Assembly (NCBI GenBank): GCA_964356705.1
Contig: CAYHIN010000005.1
Span: 1-35,906 of the forward strand
Direction: 5' to 3'
Origin: an uncultured Gammaproteobacteria bacterium
GTDB lineage: Bacteria; Patescibacteriota; Microgenomatia; CAZETR01; Amesbacteraceae
DNA: 35,906 bases
Shown here: positions 26,225 through 34,395 of the stretch, piece after piece
How the letters are laid out: each line of letters begins with the position of its first letter
Numbering within the stretch: the stretch's first letter is position 1
Made by a program: the position numbers and the translations under genes
Notes under the pieces: model-generated
What the model was told of the DNA's origin: nothing
Database searches by the model: none
The model's input: only the letters and a program-made list of their open reading frames with translations

Positions 26225-26279
26225 TGAATAATTATATCAAAGCCTCGAAAGCCCAACTCGTGGCAATGAGAATATGAGC

Positions 26280-27302
26280 CTAGTTTTTTGCAGACTTACT
26301 CTCCTCCTTAATCAATTTTTTCACCACTCTATCAAAATCAGACTCAATAGGTTGGGTCTTATTAAATTCCTTATACTCCCCCTGAGCTTTTTTGTCAGCA
26401 TCGTCTTTGGAAATCTTTCCTTTTCCATCCAGTATCTTATATTCATTGAAGGTCAGAAATTTGTTTACACTCTGGGCAAACTCGTCCATAGTGAACGCTT
26501 GTTTGTTCTCGATCAAATTCTCCACATAATCAAAAAAACCAGTTACAGTCCTCTCCAATCTGCGGATTTCATCATGAGCTAAATAATTTTTGGCCACAGT
26601 CACATCACTTACCAATATCCTCCCCACGGGGGCATTCTTCCAAGTCGAAAGGCCCATATTTGGCCTCTTACGATCAGACTTAGTAACCACTATCTCAGCG
26701 GCCGTCTGTCCAGTTATTGCGTAGTGGAATTTATTTTGCACCGTAGCAAAAAAGTCTTTTGTAGACTGGGATAGTGGGTCATAGTCAATGCTGCATTCGG
26801 CAAAGATATCTGCTATCTGCTGATAAACCCGTCTCTCACTGGCGCGAATCGAGCGAACCTTTTCTAATAGCTCTCTAAAATAGTCCTGGCCAAAGACATT
26901 TTTGCCCTGCTTCAGCCGCTCATCGTCCAAAGCAAACCCCTTGACAATAAAGTCCCGCAATATCCCCGTCGCCCAGATTCTAAACTGAGTAGCCCGCTGC
27001 GAGTTAACCCTATACCCTACTGCAATAATCGCATCCAAATTATAGAAATTCGTAAGGTATTGTTTTCCGTCTGGTGCAGTTATTCGAATTTTTCGAACAA
27101 CTGAATCTTCAGATAGTTCGGCACTATCAAATATCTCTTTCAGATGATAGTTAACCGTGTGCGTTTCCACTCCAAACAGCTCGGCCATCATCTTCTGGGT
27201 CAACCATAGGGTCTCATCCTGGACAGACACATCCAACCTCACGTCACCGTTTGGAGAGGTGTAGAGAACAAATTTTTCAACTTGAGTTAAATCCTTATCC
27301 AT
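26280..27302 (-). CDS. RhuM-family (virulence protein RhuM/DNA-binding) protein
   Basis: ETLWLTQK.MAELF, YNLDAIIAVGYRVNS.RATQFR.WAT, IRASERR.YQ, VQNK.H.AI.G.TAAE motifs. Confidence 0.9.
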   Translation of the reverse strand: MDKDLTQVEKFVLYTSPNGDVRLDVSVQDETLWLTQKMMAELFGVETHTVNYHLKEIFDSAELSEDSVVRKIRITAPDGKQYLTNFYNLDAIIAVGYRVNSQRATQFRIWATGILRDFIVKGFALDDERLKQGKNVFGQDYFRELLEKVRSIRASERRVYQQIADIFAECSIDYDPLSQSTKDFFATVQNKFHYAITGQTAAEIVVTKSDRKRPNMGLSTWKNAPVGRILVSDVTVAKNYLAHDEIRRLERTVTGFFDYVENLIENKQAFTMDEFAQSVNKFLTFNEYKILDGKGKISKDDADKKAQGEYKEFNKTQPIESDFDRVVKKLIKEESKSAKN

Positions 27303-27317
27303 ATCAAAAAACTCTTG

Positions 27318-27389
27318 CTCCCCCGCGAGGATTCGAACCTCGAACCTTGAAGTTAACAGCTTCCTGCTCTACCGTTGAGCTACAGGGGA
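27318..27389 (-). tRNA. tRNA-Asn (GTT), CCA not encoded
   Basis: TCCCCTG-TA-GCTC-AACGGTA-GAGC-A-GGAAG-CT-GTT-AA-CTTCA-AGGTT-CGAGG-TTCGAAT-CCTCG-CGGGGGA-G. TGG-TATAAT upstream at 27423-27415. Confidence 0.95.
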
Positions 27390-27444
27390 ATAAATTTTCA
27401 AAGATCTAGCCTCAATTATACCAAGCTATATCCCGAAGCGGGAG

Positions 27445-27525
27445 GGTACCTACAAGACCAAAGCTGAAGCCCAAAAACGTCTACGCCAGATCGAATTCTT
27501 CAAACACTTGAAAGCCAAGTCCTAA
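27445..27525 (+). pseudogene. Start-less remnant of a small basic protein
   Basis: GTYKTKAEAQKRLRQIEFFKHLKAKS* resembles a recurring small hypothetical protein C-terminus (from recall). No ATG/GTG/TTG start back to the in-frame TAA at 27391. A TCCCG-aag-CGGGA hairpin sits at the break. Confidence 0.45.
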
Positions 27526-27542
27526 AGTGCTCTAATAGTCTT

Positions 27543-28262
27543 ATGTACAAAATGAAAACTTTTCTCCTCACCCTCGCTCTCCTTACTTCCTCCGCTCTTC
27601 CAGCTTTCGCCAAAGAAACCCCCGAAGTCAGTGGCGATTATCCAGATCCTGCCAACCCCATGCTCAGAGTCAGAGTGTTCGTCCACGAGCCTCGTCGACC
27701 AGTCCTTAGTGAAAACCTCCTGTGCACTGACCCGGATTCCCAAAACGTAGTTGACACCACCGGCTGGCATCTGTCTTCCTCAATTTCATACCGCCTCAAT
27801 CTCAACAATGCTCCCACAGACCTCGTCACTATTGCCGAATTAGCTTTTGGCACTTGGCAAACAGCTGCCAATGACAAAGTCATTTTCCAGCGTGGTGCAG
27901 ATACCTCCGTTTCCAAGTCCAAACTCGACTACCAAAACGTCGTCGCCTGGAACCGAACTTCTGGCAATGCCCTCGCCACCACTTATACCCGCTACTATCC
28001 TTCCACTGGCCTAGTCGCCGATGTGGACACCATCTTCAATAGGCGCTTCCCCTGGGGTTGGTCCACCGTCAGTTGCAATCCTAACTATTACGACTCTCTA
28101 AATGTCCTTACCCATGAAGTCGGTCATTGGATGGGATTGGATGACGAATATACAGCCGGCTACCTGAACAATACTATGTATGGCTATGCCGACCCTGGCG
28201 AAATCAAAAAAGATACCCTCACGACAGGGGACAGCGTAAACTTACCCACTATCTACCCATAG
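27543..28262 (+). CDS. Secreted matrixin/M10-like zinc metalloprotease
   Basis: Signal peptide, HEVGHWMGLDD (HExxHxxGxxD) and Met-turn TMY. Confidence 0.85.
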   Translation: MYKMKTFLLTLALLTSSALPAFAKETPEVSGDYPDPANPMLRVRVFVHEPRRPVLSENLLCTDPDSQNVVDTTGWHLSSSISYRLNLNNAPTDLVTIAELAFGTWQTAANDKVIFQRGADTSVSKSKLDYQNVVAWNRTSGNALATTYTRYYPSTGLVADVDTIFNRRFPWGWSTVSCNPNYYDSLNVLTHEVGHWMGLDDEYTAGYLNNTMYGYADPGEIKKDTLTTGDSVNLPTIYP

Positions 28263-28270
28263 ACCACAAT

Positions 28271-28396
28271 ATGTCAACTTACGGCAAACGTCCACTCTGG
28301 CAGTGGCTGGTCCTATACACCATCATCGGTGGCATAGTGTACGCAGCCATCTACTACTTCTTCTTCACCAAAACAGGCACTACCTACCCTTATTAA
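28271..28396 (+). CDS. Small membrane protein (41 aa), absent from ORF track
   Basis: MSTYGKRPLWQWLVLYTIIGGIVYAAIYYFFFTKTGTTYPY*, one TM helix, starting 8 nt after the protease stop. Confidence 0.7.
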   Translation: MSTYGKRPLWQWLVLYTIIGGIVYAAIYYFFFTKTGTTYPY

Positions 28397-28429
28397 AAAG
28401 GGCAGGCAGACTGGAAAAAAGTGAAGTAG

Positions 28430-28645
28430 TTACTTCTTTCCGCACAGTTTACAAGCTTCCTTGTGGTTTAGCAGTTCAAAAACTGCCGAAACACCAACAA
28501 GAACGTATACCACTCTTTCTAGCATCGGCCATGCTCCTAGCAGTGATCCCACTAGGTTATAACCAAATAGTCCCACTAGTCCCCAATTAAGTGCACCGAC
28601 CCAAACCAAAGTGACAGCTAGCATATGCAAATTCTTCTTGTCCAT
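28430..28645 (-). CDS. DUF378-family small membrane protein
   Basis: LV.VGALNWGLVGLF..NLV...VY.LVG motif. SD AGGGGGTGA at 28661-28653. Confidence 0.9.
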   Translation of the reverse strand: MDKKNLHMLAVTLVWVGALNWGLVGLFGYNLVGSLLGAWPMLERVVYVLVGVSAVFELLNHKEACKLCGKK

Positions 28646-28745
28646 CATTCACTCACCCCCTCGCCCATCGTAGCTCGCTCCGTGAGCCGTGTTCGAAATC
28701 GAACTGCAAAGGCGAACGGTAAGAGCAGTTGGGCATTCTTAATCT

Positions 28746-28780
28746 ATTGTCAATTGTCCATTCTCAATTGTCAATTCTCT
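28746..28780. repeat. Heptamer tandem repeat (ATTSTCN x5)
   Basis: ATTGTCA ATTGTCC ATTCTCA ATTGTCA ATTCTCT directly after the rpoD stop. Confidence 0.75.
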
Positions 28781-29883
28781 CACTCCAAATAGTCTTGCAA
28801 CTTTTTACGTCTAGACGGGTGCTTTAGCTTACGAAGTGCCTTGGCTTCTATCTGTCTTATGCGCTCTCGCGTCACTCCAAACTCCCGTCCCACCTCTTCC
28901 AGAGTCATGGGATTCTTGCCATCCAACCCAAATCGCATTCGCAGCACTTTTGCTTCTCGGTCCGTCAATGTCGATAACACTTCTTCTATATTCTCTTTCA
29001 GGAGTTCTTTAGAAGCCGCCTCGATTGGCGTCGGTTGGGAAGTGTCGGCGATGAAGTCTCCCAGTATGCTGTCATCCTCATCTCCCACTGGAGTTTCCAG
29101 ACTGGTCGTGTCTTGGGCGATCTTTAGGATCTCTCGCACACGTGTGCCGGTCATCCCCTCTCCCATAATGTCCGCGATCTCTTGTGACTCCGGCTCTCGT
29201 CCTAGCTTTTGCATCAGCTGTCTTTGGATCCGGATCAGCTTATTGATCGTTTCAATCATATGCACCGGGATCCGGATGGATCTGGCCTGATAAGCAATAG
29301 CCCGAGTGATAGCCTGTCTAATCCACCAGGTGGCATATGTGGAGAACTTAAATCCTTTTCTCCAGTCATACTTCTCGACGGCTCTTATCAATCCCTGATT
29401 TCCTTCTTGGATTAGGTCGAGTAAAGATAGTCCTCGCATCACATACTTTTTGGCTATAGATACCACCAGACGTAAGTTACTCTCAGTCAGCTTTTTCTTG
29501 GCTTTTCGGTCGCCTTTTTCTATTTTTTGCGCCAGAGAGATCTCCTCTTCCGATTTCAGCAGTGGGATGCGTCCTATTTCCCGCAAGTACATCCGGACCG
29601 GGTCAGTGGTGACTCCCACCTCGACTTTGGTCAGAGCCTCTATCTCTTTATCCAGCTCCACCATCGACTTCTCGTCTACTTCTATCTCTTCCTCAGTTAC
29701 CGTCTCAAATACATCTACTCCCGCCTCCAGCATTTCCAAAAACAGCTGGTCTATTTCTTCGACTTTTTCTTCAGCATCCGCATACACTTCCAGTATTTCG
29801 TCCAAGGTCAAATAGCCTTGGTTTTTGCCCTTGGATAGGAGTTTATTGGCTATATCCGTCAGTGAATTTTTTGCTTTTGCCAT
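28780..29883 (-). CDS. rpoD: RNA polymerase primary sigma factor
   Basis: Region 1.1 [57 protein letters not shown]. Follows dnaG. Confidence 0.97.
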   Translation of the reverse strand: MAKAKNSLTDIANKLLSKGKNQGYLTLDEILEVYADAEEKVEEIDQLFLEMLEAGVDVFETVTEEEIEVDEKSMVELDKEIEALTKVEVGVTTDPVRMYLREIGRIPLLKSEEEISLAQKIEKGDRKAKKKLTESNLRLVVSIAKKYVMRGLSLLDLIQEGNQGLIRAVEKYDWRKGFKFSTYATWWIRQAITRAIAYQARSIRIPVHMIETINKLIRIQRQLMQKLGREPESQEIADIMGEGMTGTRVREILKIAQDTTSLETPVGDEDDSILGDFIADTSQPTPIEAASKELLKENIEEVLSTLTDREAKVLRMRFGLDGKNPMTLEEVGREFGVTRERIRQIEAKALRKLKHPSRRKKLQDYLE

Positions 29884-29976
29884 AGTCTTTTGGAACTAAA
29901 AAAGGCCTGTGTCAACTAATTCTGGCCAGGGCCACAAAAAGCGTCAGGATCCTATACTGATAGAAATAATACCCCA

Positions 29977-31683
29977 CTATAGCCCCCGCGTCAACTCTGC
30001 CTTTCTCCTGGATAGTATTGCCACCTCAGGAGGTTCTGCGACTTTCATCTTTTCTTGTATTTCTACCCGCTCCAGCTCTGAGATCGCCTTCCCCCATTCC
30101 TCATCATCCTCAGGCCCTTCTTTGAGCATCAGTTCCTCCACTTTCGGCCTCAATTCCCCCGGCATCATGGCCACAATCTCCCCAATACTTAATACTTGAT
30201 ACTCGATACTTGATACAAAATCGATAGTCTTCCTCCAAAATCTCGTTTTGATCCATTGGTTAACTGGTTCACTGACTAGTTGTTCCACTTTTCCCGCTCT
30301 CAATGCCAATCCCACCACATACTCCTCCACAATTTCCCGTCTATTACTCATACCTATTGATCCTTTTGTCGCTTGTTTAGAGGTTAGAATTTCGTGCTTA
30401 GAGTTTATATTCATCTGTAGTCTTAGTACTTCCACCTCCACTCCAGAAGCCACAGCCAATTCCTTTACGTACTCATCTCGTCTCACCACATCCTCGATCG
30501 CGGCAATTGCAGGTAGCACCTCTTTCACTATCTTTGCTTTCCCCTCCGGACTCACCCCAAATCTTTTTACAGAAAGGTTTATCAAAAATTTATATACCGG
30601 GATCGTCTTTCTAGACAGCGCCACCCATTCTTCGGGGGAAGAAAAAGCAATATCGGCCACATCCTTAGCTCCCGCCACGCTCAGCGTCCCCAGCTGTGTC
30701 CAGTCTATCGTCTCCACATATAGTCCCGCTTTTTCGCATATCAAAAGACCTCTTTTCGCAGCCATGTTTCCCGCCAGATCTGCATCCAGTCCTAGCACCA
30801 CCGTCTCACATACTCGTCGCAGCATTTCTACTTGCTGTTCCGTCAGGGCCGACCCCTTGATGGCCACTACATTTTTTACTCCCGAGGCGAAACTCGCCAT
30901 CATATCTATCTCGCCTTCTACCACGATCACTCGCCCACTCTTTTTAATTTCAGATCTAGTCAGATCGTATCCATACAATAGTTCGCTTTTGTGATAAATC
31001 TCAGTTTCCGGCGTGTTCACATACTTAGCTTGATCAGACTGTCCCAGTATCCTTCCCGCAAACCCAACTATTTGTCCCCGAGAATTATTGAGAGGAAACA
31101 TGATCCTATTTCTAAACCGGTCATATCTTCGTCCCGGCACCACGAGTCCCGCTTTTTCCAAATCATCTAGTTTGTAACCTTTTTTCTTGACCAAAAAGTC
31201 TTCCAAAAAATTCCAGTTATCAGGAGCAAATCCCAAGTTAAATTGGGAGATTAAATCATCACCAATTCCTCTTTTATTCAGATACTCCAGGGCTTCCTTT
31301 CCCGACTTGTGTTTGGTCAAAAGAAAATTGTACGCTTGGGCCGCCAGAGTATTTATCTGGATCAGAGTTTCTTTTTCTTGCTCGATCTTGGTTGGTTTAA
31401 AACTTTCTAGTTTCACTCCCACCCGGTCTGCCAGAGTCTTGAGCACTTCCCCAAATTCCATTCCTTCGATCTTTTGCAAAAAAGTATACACATCTCCCCC
31501 CTCCGCACACCCAAAGCACTTAAATATCTGTAGTTCGGGGTTCACCATAAAAGACGGGGTCTTTTCTCCATGAAACGGACAGTTGCCCTTGTAATTTCTC
31601 CCCGCCTTCTTCAGCGTCACATACCCAGATATCACCTCCACGATATCAACCTTCTTTTTGATTTCTTCCACTTGCTCAGACAT
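29977..31683 (-). CDS. dnaG: DNA primase
   Basis: CPFH...CFGC zinc finger, DRFRNRIMFP, KYVNTPET, TOPRIM EG..D / DAD. TGATG overlap with the upstream gene. Confidence 0.97.
   Translation of the reverse strand: MSEQVEEIKKKVDIVEVISGYVTLKKAGRNYKGNCPFHGEKTPSFMVNPELQIFKCFGCAEGGDVYTFLQKIEGMEFGEVLKTLADRVGVKLESFKPTKIEQEKETLIQINTLAAQAYNFLLTKHKSGKEALEYLNKRGIGDDLISQFNLGFAPDNWNFLEDFLVKKKGYKLDDLEKAGLVVPGRRYDRFRNRIMFPLNNSRGQIVGFAGRILGQSDQAKYVNTPETEIYHKSELLYGYDLTRSEIKKSGRVIVVEGEIDMMASFASGVKNVVAIKGSALTEQQVEMLRRVCETVVLGLDADLAGNMAAKRGLLICEKAGLYVETIDWTQLGTLSVAGAKDVADIAFSSPEEWVALSRKTIPVYKFLINLSVKRFGVSPEGKAKIVKEVLPAIAAIEDVVRRDEYVKELAVASGVEVEVLRLQMNINSKHEILTSKQATKGSIGMSNRREIVEEYVVGLALRAGKVEQLVSEPVNQWIKTRFWRKTIDFVSSIEYQVLSIGEIVAMMPGELRPKVEELMLKEGPEDDEEWGKAISELERVEIQEKMKVAEPPEVAILSRRKAELTRGL
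30184..30218. repeat. Heptamer tandem repeat inside dnaG
   Basis: AATACTT AATACTT GATACTC GATACTT GATACAA. Confidence 0.7.
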
Positions 31684-33008
31684 CACCGCGATATTACCGT
31701 ATCACGATCAATTGTAACATCCGCCTCGATCTTTCCCTCCACGATCAGTTTATAAGCAAAGCTCTCCATCCCCGGCTGCCTTCTAACAAATATTCTGACT
31801 CCTTCTCCCCGCTCATTTCGAAGGAGAGGGGCAGGGGGTGAGGTATAAGAAACCTCCGCAGTCACTGTCTCTTGAGCCGGCACCACCGCCCAAAAACCAA
31901 TTATTTGTAAATCGCCCCTCTGTTCTATCACATACATATCTTCCGACATTCCCTGTCTTAGAGAATTTGGTATCGCAAAATCAGCTAGCGTTGCAGCTCG
32001 CAGCTCTCGGTCTTGGAGCTTGATGGCTTGGAGCTTGTGACTTGCTGGGATTACAATCCTAACGTAATCCCTGTAGTCTCCTCCCCAAAACACGGGCGGC
32101 CTCGGTATCTCAAACTCATTATTATTTTCCCAATTGATAATCACGTGCTCATCATGGCTATTTATCTCATGTGTAATCATGCGCTTGACACAACAGTTTG
32201 CCTTATTAGTCCCCAGATTACTTTCTACTATATATAGATAATCATCTTCCCCGTTCCATCCTTGTGTCAGTCTCCCCGCCCATTTCATCTTCTCCGCGAT
32301 TTTCTGCAACTCAGGGTCTTTCATCCACACCAGTATCTGTCCGTTATTTAACTCATCCTTAATCAGCTTAATTAACTTCATTAACTTAATTAACTTGATC
32401 GCCCTCAGCTCATCTATCAGTCTCACACCCACCATCCCCAAAAATCCTCTCTTATCTCCACCTACTTCTGCATACCGCTGTGCCAGCTGGTAAAAGTTTT
32501 TATCAGTGATCACCTCATCATAAGTCTCCAGTTTTATCGGCCCTAGTATTCCAATAATCTGATTAACCGTAGACTGGTTAATCGCCACCACTCCATCTAC
32601 AGACTTCCGGCCAGAGTGAGACATAAACCAGTCTACAGCGGCCGCGGCCGAGGCATAGTCCACATCCCAGTTTGCATCCCGCAGTTTCCACCACCCCTGA
32701 CCAAAAGCTTCCTGCACTGGATACGGGGGCTCCACATGTCCGTCCAGTTTTCCATCCGGCTCATAGATATCTTCTACCGAGATCGTCATTTTTTTTATAC
32801 AATCCTGAGGCAGATCACCAAACTTGACCGTCGCAAAACTACCCATAAATCCTCCCGACGGTCTCAGTTCCATATTGTTTTGCAGCAAAACCAGATACTC
32901 TTTCCCAATAATGTAGTTTTCCAATACCTCATGCGATACCTTCCAAACAATACCCACACCCACCGTCACGACTATTAGTATTGATACCAAGAAAATCATT
33001 TTCCTCAT
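31683..33008 (-). CDS. DUF4012-domain membrane-anchored protein
   Basis: YLVLLQNNMELRPSGGFMGS, LRDANW..D, VDGV.AI and NLG.NKAN motifs. Start reassigned to ATG 33008 before the TM anchor. Confidence 0.85.
   Translation of the reverse strand: MRKMIFLVSILIVVTVGVGIVWKVSHEVLENYIIGKEYLVLLQNNMELRPSGGFMGSFATVKFGDLPQDCIKKMTISVEDIYEPDGKLDGHVEPPYPVQEAFGQGWWKLRDANWDVDYASAAAAVDWFMSHSGRKSVDGVVAINQSTVNQIIGILGPIKLETYDEVITDKNFYQLAQRYAEVGGDKRGFLGMVGVRLIDELRAIKLIKLMKLIKLIKDELNNGQILVWMKDPELQKIAEKMKWAGRLTQGWNGEDDYLYIVESNLGTNKANCCVKRMITHEINSHDEHVIINWENNNEFEIPRPPVFWGGDYRDYVRIVIPASHKLQAIKLQDRELRAATLADFAIPNSLRQGMSEDMYVIEQRGDLQIIGFWAVVPAQETVTAEVSYTSPPAPLLRNERGEGVRIFVRRQPGMESFAYKLIVEGKIEADVTIDRDTVISR
31801..31843. repeat. 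REP-like palindromic element inside DUF4012 gene
   Basis: CCTTCTCC...GGAGAGGG stem followed by GCAGGGGGTGAGG, read in frame as SPPAPLLRNERGEG. Confidence 0.55.
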
Positions 33009-33270
33009 GTATATATATATTACCCGAAATCGCAATTCTTTTTCTCTGCACAAATCGTACCCAGTCAACCTATAATTCATTTGATAGGAATCAGTAAACC
33101 GCATCAACCCATGCTTATCTCTTATAGCAGTAGTCAGGTATAAAGTGTGCATATAGCACACAAATATTGTCCTAAGCTTTCAGCGCCGAAGTAGTATCCC
33201 TATGTCCCGAAGCAATACCGCATGCTTTTCCCCGCAAACACAGGCGTCATTCCTCGCATATAATATCAGC

Positions 33271-34395
33271 ATGTCAAAACAGACTTGGATCATTATTCTT
33301 ATTTTTGCTGCATTCATTCCTGTCGCTATTTCAGCAACAATTCACAAATCAGTACCCTTTCAGATCACAAGCCACTCCAACTCATTTCATCACTTTCTTC
33401 CCGACCACAGGATCACTCAAAACAAGTTCTTTTTGCCAAATGCTCTAGCCCAAGCAGATTCTCAATGGTACCTAAAAATAGCCTCGGATGGTTATCCCAG
33501 AAGTCCAGTTCTCACTACCCTAGCAGACAAAAAAAGTATGGATTACCCCTCCTATGCATTCTTCCCCTTATATCCCATGTTAATACGTCTTGTGAATCAG
33601 GTGGTGGGAGACGTCGAGATCTCCGCCTTCATTCTCATGATAATTCTATTGGTATCAAACACGATTCTACTAAGCAAATATTTTGGTCCCAAAACAACGC
33701 TTCTGATACTCATCTTCCCTTTCAGTATTTTTTTTCGCAGCTACTACACAGAATCACTCCAGATACTCCTACTCACTCTCTTTATAGTTTCTCTCGTCAA
33801 AAAAAGACTAGTTGCAGCCAGTCTCTTCGTAGGACTACTTACTATAACCAAAGGCACTACCCTCCTTCTCCTGCCCTTTACTTGGTATAAGTTGATATCC
33901 AGCACCGATAGTCTAAAGTCCAAATTTACAGGCTTCATCTTGAGCATCTTGCCCATCACACTTTGGAGCACTTACTGTTATCTTCAAACTGGCGACTTTT
34001 TCATCTTTTTAGGTGTACGGTCTTTGTGGTTTGAAGCAAACTTACTAACTCCTCTTTATAATCTAGGTTCTCTGCTCAACACCCGATTTCTCGAGTCTCA
34101 CTTTCCTCATTACTCCTTCATCGAAAATACCTTTTTCTTATTCTTTTCAGTCGTTTTGTTAAAAGCAAAAAAGCTACTTACATCAGACATGTTTCTGATA
34201 GGTCTCTGTTTGTTTATTCTCCCGATATTCACGACCGACCTTACCTCTTTTTCCCGTTATCAATCTATAAACATTCCTCTATTCCTCTTTCTGAGCAAAA
34301 TTCGCCACCAAAATTATGTGTTAGTAGCGCTGACCTTTTTTCTCTCTCTCGTCTTTATCACTCCCTTTTTCATAAACTGGTATTGGGTCGGGTAG
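33271..34395 (+). CDS. GT-C mannosyltransferase (PIG-V/Mannosyl_trans2-like)
   Basis: DSQWY..IA..GY, AFFPLYP, YTES and RY motifs with many TM segments. TATAAT-N6-ATG at 33271. Confidence 0.8.
   Translation: MSKQTWIIILIFAAFIPVAISATIHKSVPFQITSHSNSFHHFLPDHRITQNKFFLPNALAQADSQWYLKIASDGYPRSPVLTTLADKKSMDYPSYAFFPLYPMLIRLVNQVVGDVEISAFILMIILLVSNTILLSKYFGPKTTLLILIFPFSIFFRSYYTESLQILLLTLFIVSLVKKRLVAASLFVGLLTITKGTTLLLLPFTWYKLISSTDSLKSKFTGFILSILPITLWSTYCYLQTGDFFIFLGVRSLWFEANLLTPLYNLGSLLNTRFLESHFPHYSFIENTFFLFFSVVLLKAKKLLTSDMFLIGLCLFILPIFTTDLTSFSRYQSINIPLFLFLSKIRHQNYVLVALTFFLSLVFITPFFINWYWVG

Noticed and set aside
29897-29935. Attenuator/terminator between dnaG and rpoD
   Set aside because: A GGCC-closed stem with a T-run exists on the minus strand, but pairing is too irregular to call.
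33009-33270. Upstream extensions of the DUF4012 and mannosyltransferase ORFs, or a hidden gene
   Set aside because: Better starts follow -10 boxes at 33008 and 33271. No recognisable product was found in the frames examined.
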